Virus record (IMG/VR): IMGVR_UViG_3300025607_000001
From: a virus
DNA length: 38,253 nt
Reading direction: 5' to 3' (one strand)
Every line of letters begins with the position of its first letter. Within the stretch, counting starts at the first letter, position 1. The notes below the pieces were generated by a model. The model had not been told where the DNA came from. It saw nothing but the letters and a program-made list of their open reading frames with translations, and searched no databases. Positions 20,121-26,466 of the stretch are shown here, in pieces. The translations under genes were made by a program, and so were the position numbers.

Positions 20121-20500
20121 TTACAGATTATATATTTGCAGTAACAGATTTAGAGGCTTTCAGAGTCTCGTTGTTATCAATTGAGTCTGATTTGGTAAGT
20201 ATTGGCGAAGATGGTGTAGCAACCATTCTCAGCCCGACCACAATGATTAAATACAAGGGGAATCAGTCAGTTGCTATTGCTAGGATTGATACTAACTCAC
20301 TGTCTGAACTAAGTAGTTTTGCTAGTATGGTTTTAGTGGGTGAGGCTAAGCAATCATTCATTAAAACTAACGATGATGTTAATTGGCTCAATGAAGATTT
20401 ATATCATTCGATTCATAGTATCGAACCGATAACTTATATAGATGATTATGGTTTTGAACAAAGCTATATCCCGTCTAAACTTCATTGTGTTTTTGCGTAG
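20117..20500 (+). CDS. Hypothetical protein (possible fibre accessory/assembly protein)
   Basis: ATGA overlap with the fibre gene stop. No motif recognised. Confidence 0.4.
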   Translation: MITDYIFAVTDLEAFRVSLLSIESDLVSIGEDGVATILSPTTMIKYKGNQSVAIARIDTNSLSELSSFASMVLVGEAKQSFIKTNDDVNWLNEDLYHSIHSIEPITYIDDYGFEQSYIPSKLHCVFA

Positions 20501-20511
20501 GAATATTAATC

Positions 20512-20877
20512 ATGGGTATTTGGTCTAGTTTATTTGGTAAAGACAATGTTATTCAAGCGGGCATTGATGGCCTTGACAAAATAGTGCACACCGACGAAGA
20601 AAAGTCAGACGCTAAACAAGCGTTTTTAAAGTTATACGAACCGTTTAAAATTGCACAACGTTTGTTGGCTGTTATTTATGGCGTGCCTTATGCGCTCGCG
20701 TGGTTTGTTACCTTTATGGTGTCATTTTTTACGGACGTATCAAAACAAGAGGCGTTATTGCAGGGCGATATAAGCCGCATTGTTTTTGCTATTGTTAGTT
20801 TTTACTTTGGTGGTGGTGCTGCTGAGGGTGTTGTTAGAATGTTAGCTAATAGAGGTAAGAACAGTGAAAGAAAGTAA
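20512..20877 (+). CDS. Holin-like membrane protein (3TM GTA-holin-like)
   Basis: Internal ATG (MGIWSSLFGK...) after AGGAATATTAATC. A hydrophilic N-terminus is followed by hydrophobic helices (LLAVIYGVPYALAWFVTFMVSFF, IVFAIVSFYFGGGAA). Confidence 0.45.
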   Translation: MGIWSSLFGKDNVIQAGIDGLDKIVHTDEEKSDAKQAFLKLYEPFKIAQRLLAVIYGVPYALAWFVTFMVSFFTDVSKQEALLQGDISRIVFAIVSFYFGGGAAEGVVRMLANRGKNSERK

Positions 20878-21094
20878 ACGTCATTATTTAATGCGGGTCT
20901 TAATCGCCTTTGACCAGTTTTTTAATGTACTGGTTTTTAATGGACGGCCCGATCATACTATTTCTGGTCGTGTTGGTTATTTTGCTATTAAGGGTGAAAA
21001 ATGGGCGTTGTATTGGGAAAAAATAATTAACACTTTGTTTTTCTGGCAAGCTGATCATTGTAGAAAATCAATTGAATGGGATGAAATGAAGTAA
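20864..21094 (+). CDS. Small conserved-looking phage protein (76 aa), last gene of the late operon
   Basis: Overlaps the preceding gene and is followed by a strong terminator. No function assigned. Confidence 0.45.
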   Translation: MKESKRHYLMRVLIAFDQFFNVLVFNGRPDHTISGRVGYFAIKGEKWALYWEKIINTLFFWQADHCRKSIEWDEMK

Positions 21095-21116
21095 GTACAA
21101 GGTGAGTATAAGTTAA

Positions 21117-21154
21117 GCAAGGCTATGATTAATCATAGATCCTTGCTTTTTTTT
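21117..21154 (+). terminator. Intrinsic terminator ending the late operon
   Basis: Long stem GCAAGGCTATGATT / AATCATAG-at-CCTTGC followed by T8. Confidence 0.75.
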
Positions 21155-21218
21155 GCTGTAGCATAACCGATCATCAATATATCGTTCAGGCTATTTAAAT
21201 AATAAAATAGTGGAAATA

Positions 21219-21245
21219 ATCACATATTGTGATACATTGTGTATC
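21219..21245. promoter_or_regulatory. Two overlapping palindromes upstream of repA (candidate operator)
   Basis: ATCACA-TAT-TGTGAT (21219-21233) and GATACA-TTG-TGTATC (21231-21245). Confidence 0.4.
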
Positions 21246-21315
21246 ACTTGCCATCGTTGGTGGCTAAAGGTAAGTATTAAGAAGAAAATTTAAACAATCA
21301 CCGAAATTCAGACAT

Positions 21316-21378
21316 AAAAAAACCGCTTTTGGCGAGCGGTTGATTTACTAGGTTTAAAATCACAAACCCCATAACAAG
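21316..21378 (-). ncRNA. Predicted countertranscript (CopA-like antisense RNA) in the repA leader
   Basis: Minus-strand promoter at 21385-21413. Minus-strand terminator: stem AACCGCT/AGCGGTT (21321-21341) followed by a U run (A run on the plus strand, 21316-21320). The predicted RNA is about 60 nt. Confidence 0.5.
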
Positions 21379-21384
21379 GACTTG

Positions 21385-21413
21385 ATTTTAAGCTGACGGG
21401 TTTCTTTTTGCAA
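21385..21413 (-). promoter_or_regulatory. Sigma70-like promoter for the antisense RNA
   Basis: On the minus strand: TTGCAA (21413-21408), a 17-nt spacer, then TAAAAT (21390-21385). Confidence 0.5.
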
Positions 21414-21436
21414 GAAAAAAATAAAAAGAGCTTAAA

Positions 21437-22243
21437 ATGAGAGTAAAAAATTCAACTCCGGCGTTTACTCGTCCGAATCATCAAAAGAATTTACCGTCTT
21501 TTTTAGTGGCATGTAACACCATGCTAACCAAGTGCCCTGCGTCGGCGTGGGACGGTTGGCAACTTATTCGCCGTGTTCATGGCAAATCATTAATGAATAC
21601 TCACCGCGCGAGTGCGATCAATTCCCTTTTCATTGCTATTGCTAATCATGTTGATTTAAAGAGCAGCGTGGTTTTTTCTAATGTTTATGATCTGGCCCAT
21701 GCTACGGGCTTGGCTACGGTAAGTGCGGCGGGTAATGTTTCAATAACGCGTTGTAGTCGTGCCATAATCGAAATGGAAAAAGCGGGCTTTCTTGAAACTG
21801 AATTGGTTTGGGATCGCGTCTTGGGTTGTCATATACCAAAATTTATTAATGTCACTGATTTGTTTTGGGAGATAGCACACCCCGAGGGCACAAAGGGTTA
21901 TCATGCAGCGCGTGAAAGCCAAATTTCTTACCAAAGGCAAGGTTTAGCAGAGCCAGAGGAATGGTTGACCGTGAGCCAAGCCAAAGAGCGCCGCCGTAGA
22001 ATGCACATTAAAACCGCTTTTAAGTTAAGACGCGCTAAACATGAAAAATCAAAGCAGCGAACAGCGGCCAAGAAGCTAACCAATGACAACATTGTTGTTT
22101 CTCGCGGTAAGATAGGCAAAGAAATACTAGACGAACTTGGCTCTTTACACGGCCTAGACCCTAAAGCGTTTCAGGTGATGATCAGCCAACGTTACGCACT
22201 GTATAACAAAATAGCAGCAGACCCCGCACCCACAAGGCACTAA
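21437..22243 (+). CDS. repA: Plasmid replication initiator, IncFII RepA family
   Basis: The segment GLATVSAAGNVSITRCSRAIIEMEKAGFLETELVWDRVLGCHIPKFINVTDLF aligns by eye with R1 RepA GLATESAAGKLSITRATRALTFLSELGLITYQTEYDPLIGCYIPTDITFTSALF. The C-terminus is basic. Confidence 0.85.
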   Translation: MRVKNSTPAFTRPNHQKNLPSFLVACNTMLTKCPASAWDGWQLIRRVHGKSLMNTHRASAINSLFIAIANHVDLKSSVVFSNVYDLAHATGLATVSAAGNVSITRCSRAIIEMEKAGFLETELVWDRVLGCHIPKFINVTDLFWEIAHPEGTKGYHAARESQISYQRQGLAEPEEWLTVSQAKERRRRMHIKTAFKLRRAKHEKSKQRTAAKKLTNDNIVVSRGKIGKEILDELGSLHGLDPKAFQVMISQRYALYNKIAADPAPTRH

Positions 22244-22262
22244 GCCAACTTATTAAATAAAA

Positions 22263-22283
22263 CCCTGCCTTGGCGGGGTTTTA
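22263..22283 (+). terminator. Hairpin plus T run just after repA
   Basis: CCCTGCC / GGCGGGG (one G-U pair) followed by TTTTA. Confidence 0.45.
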
Positions 22284-22379
22284 GTCGTTCCCTCGAATAA
22301 ATAACCATGTAATATGGGCCTTACTCACTTCTCATTATGCCGTTTTCACCCCTGTTTTTAATCATTCTGCGCTAGATAA

Positions 22380-22500
22380 ATCACATCCTTTAGTTATACA
22401 CAATATAATGCAATTGCTTTATCTAATATAACGCCCACGTATAGATATATAATGCAAAGTCACTATAACTACTTATATATAAATAAACCTTATGGCTACG
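22380..22500. other. Candidate replication origin (oriR-like): DnaA-box-like site plus AT-rich repeats
   Basis: TTATACACA (22394-22402) fits TTATNCACA. The 11-nt direct repeat ATATAATGCAA lies at 22403 and 22447 (44 bp apart). The tract is very AT-rich and begins about 150 bp after the repA stop, as in R1. Confidence 0.4.
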
Positions 22501-22802
22501 CCTAAAGTGAATAAATGCACGCCCTTGGTTTTTTTGCTAAAGAAACAGCAAAAGGGCGTAATTGTCGTTTGGTTCACTGCCTGGTGATAACTGACCGCTG
22601 CGTCACCTACATTTTCAATGAGATAATACCACTTGAGTAATCGTTGATGTTGAAGCTTATTAAGAGCGTCGCTTCGCTCAGTTTGGCAAGGGATAGACAA
22701 GTTTTGTGCCTATTTGTTTAATAGGCCTGTTTATTCTATTATGCGTGCTTATTACTTCATTACGGCTCACTAACAACACACCCCATAAAAGGAATTTAAC
22801 GC

Positions 22803-23015
22803 ATGGCTAAAGATTTAGAACGAACGCTAAAGAAATGTAAAAAGTGCAAAAGAAAAACTGAGCACTTACGAAATACAGACAAAACAGGTTTATTGTCCCT
22901 GTTAATCCATATAGCGTTAATTTTTATTACGGCTGGTATTTGGCTTATTCTTATTGTTATTTACAAGATCCTTAACGCTAAGGTGGGCGGCTGGCAGTGT
23001 AGCGAGTGTGGTTAA
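22803..23015 (+). CDS. Small membrane protein with split zinc-ribbon (CKKC...CSEC) flanking one TM helix
   Basis: 70 aa, RBS AAAGGAA, followed by a strong terminator. Confidence 0.55.
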   Translation: MAKDLERTLKKCKKCKRKTEHLRNTDKTGLLSLLIHIALIFITAGIWLILIVIYKILNAKVGGWQCSECG

Positions 23016-23047
23016 ATGGGTTTTTCCCTACAGTTTAATAGCTATTA

Positions 23048-23077
23048 AGCCTGTATTTTTATACGGGCTTTTTTTTG
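23048..23077 (+). terminator. Intrinsic terminator
   Basis: AGCCTGTAT / ATACGGGCT stem, TTTT loop, T8 tail. Confidence 0.75.
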
Positions 23078-23150
23078 ACCTAAAATAACCGTTTTGGTGA
23101 TTTAGTGCTTAATATTGCTTTAATACTGAGCATATAGAATAAACAATATT

Positions 23151-23180
23151 CAACGGCAGTAAACGGCAGTAAAAGACAGT
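23151..23180. repeat. Three tandem 10-bp units (cAACGGCAGT aAACGGCAGT aAAAGACAGT)
   Basis: Read directly from the sequence. The repeat has helical-turn periodicity. Confidence 0.8.
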
Positions 23181-23342
23181 TGTTATTATTTGTTAAATTA
23201 ACGTAAATTTAGCGTCTATTTTGGTGTTGATATTTGTAAGGCAGTGTAATGGCGATGTGTATTTGTTTAGCGTAGATTCGCCCGTATCACAAACGACCGT
23301 TATTTGACCACCACGTAAACACGGTGTTAATTAATGCTTTCG

Positions 23343-23397
23343 TGTTTCAAAACTATGTGTCACTATTGATGTCTCAAAACAACGGCTTTATGACACA
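23343..23397. promoter_or_regulatory. res-like / recombinase-binding array: four TGTNTCA half-sites
   Basis: TGTTTCA (23343), TGTGTCA (23356) and TGTCTCA (23370) are direct; TGACACA (23391) is inverted. The last pair forms a 28-bp unit, TGTCTCAAAA-N8-TTATGACACA. The array ends 6 nt before the recombinase ATG. Confidence 0.5.
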
Positions 23398-23403
23398 CAG
23401 ACA

Positions 23404-23955
23404 ATGAAATTTGGTTACGCAAGGGTTAGCACTAAACAACAAGAATTAGCCTTACAAGTAGACGCGCTTAAAGCGGCTGGCTGTGATGAAATAATCACCG
23501 AAGTTGAAACAGGCGCGAACAATGATCGCCCCGCACGATTGGCCATGATAGATAAGCTTAGAAAAGGCGATATTGTGACGGTGTGGCGTTTAGATAGGTT
23601 TGGCCGTTCTATGCCTGATTTAATAGAAAAGGTTGAACAGTTAAGCGCCCAAGGTGTTGAGTTTATCTCGTTACAAGAAAATATAGATACTACCTCAGCC
23701 ACGGGCCGGTTAATTTTTCATATTTTTGCGGGCCTCGCAGAATTTGAACGTAATTTGATTTCAGAAAGAACAAGAGCCGGATTAGCAGCAGCACGAAAAC
23801 GCGGTAAATTGGGTGGAAGAAAAAGAATTATGAATGATATTCAGGTCAAAACAGCTAGACGATTAATATCAGGGGAAAACCCCGTAAATCGTGAAGAAGT
23901 GGCCAAAATGCTTGGCGTTAGCCGGTCAACACTTTACCGAGAATTAAAAGAATAA
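23404..23955 (+). CDS. Serine recombinase (resolvase/DNA-invertase family)
   Basis: GYARVSTKQQ (catalytic Ser), VWRLDRFGRS, AGLAAARKRGKLGGRKR and a C-terminal HTH (GVSRSTLYRELK). Confidence 0.92.
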   Translation: MKFGYARVSTKQQELALQVDALKAAGCDEIITEVETGANNDRPARLAMIDKLRKGDIVTVWRLDRFGRSMPDLIEKVEQLSAQGVEFISLQENIDTTSATGRLIFHIFAGLAEFERNLISERTRAGLAAARKRGKLGGRKRIMNDIQVKTARRLISGENPVNREEVAKMLGVSRSTLYRELKE

Positions 23956-24062
23956 AAACCTTACTTTTTATATTGATTTTAATCAAAATAATCACGAATC
24001 GTGTTTAAAAAATAGTAAGCGTGTCGTATTATAGAGACTGGTTTTTTATTGGGAAATGAATA

Positions 24063-24260
24063 ATGGAAGTCACGAATTCAGGCGTTAAAGCAATAGTTAA
24101 TATTGGTCCGGAAGATAATAAATTACAAAAAATCGAGCCGCAACAAGATAAAGCGACTGCGGCACTCAGCACAGACAAGATAACATTGTCTGATGATTTA
24201 ATTATGACTATGGGTACTGGTGGCGGCACTACTAAGCCACCACCAACAACAGAAAACTAA
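24063..24260 (+). CDS. Small hydrophilic protein (65 aa) with a Gly/Thr/Pro-rich tail
   Basis: Track ORF with a weak RBS. Ends ...MGTGGGTTKPPPTTEN. First gene of a three-gene unit. Confidence 0.4.
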   Translation: MEVTNSGVKAIVNIGPEDNKLQKIEPQQDKATAALSTDKITLSDDLIMTMGTGGGTTKPPPTTEN

Positions 24261-24270
24261 AGGACATTAC

Positions 24271-24873
24271 ATGGATGTATTATCGTTCTTGATATTTATT
24301 GATGGGTACGTGGGGAGCTTAAATCATGTACTTATCAATAATCTACTTGCGTTGATCTTGGTTGTTTTGGCTTATGACAATAAAGAAGATAGTAATTTTT
24401 TGTTTGTTATTTCTATGATGTTAATACCAAAGCTAGTTGATATTTTGGTATTGAATGATTTTTTATTGTCTGACTTTGTGCCGAATTATTTATTTTTCTT
24501 ATTTTATTCTGTTTATGACGCACTCGTTCTTTGGTTGATTCTATATAGAACCAAAGTGATTCGTCTTTTTTTGATTATAAAAATAAAAGTGTGCCACCTT
24601 TTAAATATAAATAGTGATGCTGAAACTTTTACCTATGTCCGTCATGTTAACGAATATAAAATAACAGTTATCTTTGCAGTAAGCATTCTTATTAACTTAA
24701 TTGTAGCTGTCGAATACCCGCTAAGATGGTATATAAGTGATGAAATATTATATTTTTACTATTTGTATGCACCATTAAAATTTGGATTGAATATAGCGTT
24801 AGTTTATTGGGGTTCAAAAATGAATCCCGAAAAACAAAATACCTCAAGGAGTACACCAGGTGAATGTAAGTAA
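24271..24873 (+). CDS. Polytopic membrane protein (about 200 aa, roughly 5-6 TM), unknown family
   Basis: Internal ATG after AAAGGA. Very AT-rich, with multiple hydrophobic helices. Confidence 0.6.
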   Translation: MDVLSFLIFIDGYVGSLNHVLINNLLALILVVLAYDNKEDSNFLFVISMMLIPKLVDILVLNDFLLSDFVPNYLFFLFYSVYDALVLWLILYRTKVIRLFLIIKIKVCHLLNINSDAETFTYVRHVNEYKITVIFAVSILINLIVAVEYPLRWYISDEILYFYYLYAPLKFGLNIALVYWGSKMNPEKQNTSRSTPGECK

Positions 24874-25201
24874 CTTTATTGTTGAATTATTTGAACTGTC
24901 AGGATTGAGTGAGCATGATTTCTGTCAAAAACTCGATATTGATGCCGAACAGTTGGCTGAAATAAAAGCGGGTAAAGCTCCAAGCGGCTCAGCTTGTAAA
25001 ATGTTGTTAAAGGCTGTTTCAGTCGCTTTATTTTCCAAAAAGACAAACTGTGACCTTGATGAAGTTCACGACGAATTGACAAAGGCTCGGGCTATCATTG
25101 TGACGGTTGGGGAAAGCTCGCATTTAGCCGAACATCATCAGGATTCACTATCGGCGGCTGCTGAAATGATTGATAACTCAAGGCAAAGAATATCCTCATA
25201 A
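24860..25201 (+). CDS. XRE-type HTH protein (antitoxin-like)
   Basis: GTG start 8 nt after AAGGAG. GLSEHDFCQKLDIDAEQLAEIKAGKAPSGSACKMLL resembles XRE/HigA/MqsA-type HTH domains. It overlaps the membrane protein gene by 14 nt. Confidence 0.6.
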   Translation: MNVSNFIVELFELSGLSEHDFCQKLDIDAEQLAEIKAGKAPSGSACKMLLKAVSVALFSKKTNCDLDEVHDELTKARAIIVTVGESSHLAEHHQDSLSAAAEMIDNSRQRISS

Positions 25202-25219
25202 CATTAAATACCAGACAAT

Positions 25220-25258
25220 AAAAAGCCGCTCTTATATAATCAATAAGAGCGGCTTTTT
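25220..25258. terminator. Bidirectional intrinsic terminator
   Basis: 11-bp perfect stem AGCCGCTCTTA / TAAGAGCGGCT flanked by A5 and T5. Confidence 0.8.
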
Positions 25259-25275
25259 AATGGTTTATAACTTAC

Positions 25276-25401
25276 CTATTTAATGTTGAACTGGTTCAAG
25301 AAAGGGTAGTAAACGGCTAGGCTTTCACGGATGAATAAAGGCAGTAATATTAATTGTGTTAGTGGCATAGCTCGTAATATGGTAAATTGTTCAATAGACA
25401 T
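25276..25401 (-). CDS. Possible small ORF (41 aa, MSIEQFTILRAMPLTQLILLPLFIRESLAVYYPFLNQFNIK)
   Basis: Not in the track because it is under 60 aa. A GAGGA lies 6 nt upstream of the ATG. It sits between the twin hairpins and the bidirectional terminator. Confidence 0.3.
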   Translation of the reverse strand: MSIEQFTILRAMPLTQLILLPLFIRESLAVYYPFLNQFNIK

Positions 25402-25430
25402 TGTTTATCCTCACAGGTTTTAATAATGTT

Positions 25431-25477
25431 GCCTTAGTTAGTGCTAAGGCGGTTGATGGGCTGTTAGTGCAGCCCAT
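25431..25477. other. Twin hairpins with identical hexaloops
   Basis: GCCTTAG-ttagtg-CTAAGGC (25431-25450) and ATGGGCTG-ttagtg-CAGCCCAT (25456-25477), 5 nt apart. Confidence 0.6.
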
Positions 25478-25486
25478 TAATTTATT

Positions 25487-25518
25487 TAAATTGATTTAAT
25501 TCAATTAAATCGATTTAA
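25487..25518. repeat. Centromere-like motifs downstream of the partition operon
   Basis: TAATTCAATT (25498-25507) and the palindrome TTAAATCGATTTAA (25505-25518). Both recur upstream of parA. Confidence 0.5.
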
Positions 25519-25790
25519 ACTAATCTTTCATGGTTGAGCAAGTCTGTATTGTTTTTCAGGAAGTTTTTTAAATATGTACCCAGCGGAAGTCCTCCCGCTT
25601 TTGCTGTAAAGTTTTCAAGCTCTTGTGGTGTAAGTGTTAACGTTACTCTTTCAGATGCTTTCTCTTCTGGAGCCAAAGCTTTTTTACCTGGCTTTGCTCG
25701 TTCAGTGGTTGAGGCGTGTTGTTCTGCTGCTTTCAAAATTGACGGCTTAGCCACCTTTATTACACTATTCTTTTTTTTGTCATTACTCAT
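25515..25790 (-). CDS. Ribbon-helix-helix centromere-binding protein (ParG-like)
   Basis: Internal ATG (MSNDKKK...) overlaps the parA stop by 8 nt. ERVTLTLTPQELENFTAKAGGLPLGTYLKNFL fits an RHH strand-helix-helix pattern. Confidence 0.65.
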   Translation of the reverse strand: MSNDKKKNSVIKVAKPSILKAAEQHASTTERAKPGKKALAPEEKASERVTLTLTPQELENFTAKAGGLPLGTYLKNFLKNNTDLLNHERLV

Positions 25791-26445
25791 GATTGCTGAT
25801 CTCCTGATAAATATTATTAAGTTGTTCGGCCTCGATGCCATACCTATGTTTCAATAAATTACTTGATTGGGTTAATTCAATGAGTGATTTCTCTTCATCG
25901 TCTACCAAATCAAAGCCGTTAGAAAACTTCAATGGTAAAATAGGTAAGCTAAAATCAATGTTAGCCTCTACTTGTTTTTTGATATTTATATAGTCTTCTG
26001 ATGTGGTCCAGTCGTATGGCCCTATACTCAAATTACCCTCTTTCTTTTTGCCTACCACTTTGCTTTTAGTTAACTTAGTCGCTACGACAATTATATTTTT
26101 AGTGAACTGTGCAACCTCTAAAATAGTCTGAATACCACCTTGTAAACATCTTAGGTGATTGTAGATAGGGACTATAACAACGTTAGATTGCTTTATAGCT
26201 GACGTAATACTCAATGACTTGTTGGAGATAGCCCCTGATAAATCAAAGACAATATCAGTGTCTTTGCTTAGCAATGGGAACTCTTCACTTTGCCCAACGA
26301 CTAGTTGCTGTTCTTCTTCGAATAAATCACTGTAAACATTAATCGATTCATTAGTACCAATACAGTAACCGTGATCTAGCGCTATATTAGTGGATAGCGG
26401 TGTTTTCCCTGCTGACCCTTTGATGTTGTATACCGTAATTTTCAT
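25783..26445 (-). CDS. parA: Partition ATPase, small ParA (type Ib, ParF-like)
   Basis: 220 aa with the N-terminal deviant Walker A ITVYNIKGSAGKT. Followed by a small RHH gene and flanked by repeat arrays. Confidence 0.85.
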   Translation of the reverse strand: MKITVYNIKGSAGKTPLSTNIALDHGYCIGTNESINVYSDLFEEEQQLVVGQSEEFPLLSKDTDIVFDLSGAISNKSLSITSAIKQSNVVIVPIYNHLRCLQGGIQTILEVAQFTKNIIVVATKLTKSKVVGKKKEGNLSIGPYDWTTSEDYINIKKQVEANIDFSLPILPLKFSNGFDLVDDEEKSLIELTQSSNLLKHRYGIEAEQLNNIYQEISNHE

Positions 26446-26466
26446 GCTTCATTCCTTAACACGTTT

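Noticed and set aside
17445-20500. Invertase-driven tail-fibre switching (Gin/Cin-like) or a diversity-generating retroelement acting on the fibre
   Set aside because: The serine recombinase lies 3 kb away, beyond repA. I found no inverted crossover sites flanking the fibre 3' end or alternative fibre C-termini. There is no reverse transcriptase or template repeat.
22473-22700. Track ORF (75 aa, minus strand) in the repA-downstream region
   Set aside because: It has no convincing RBS. It overlaps the AT-rich ori-like tract and the long hairpin, and its sequence is low-complexity. It was treated as non-coding, although a small RNA or protein here cannot be excluded.
23415-23702. Antisense shadow ORFs inside long genes (for example 308..562, 511..693, 1566..1871, 4060..4296, 4312..4521, 10465..10854, 12084..12594, 14220..17158 minus-strand set, 17531..17806, 19766..19972, 23415..23702, 25534..25857, 27224..27502, 31111..31338, 31692..31964)
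   Set aside because: All are fully embedded opposite or out of frame within well-supported CDSs. They lack RBSs and have biased, low-complexity translations typical of shadow frames.
24063-24260. The 65-aa ORF as a double-glycine-leader bacteriocin or arbitrium-like signalling propeptide
   Set aside because: The sequence before the GG (LSDDLIMTMGTGG) fits the double-glycine leader consensus poorly. There is no signal peptide, no processing or export gene and no TPR-type receptor. It is kept only as part of the cassette finding.
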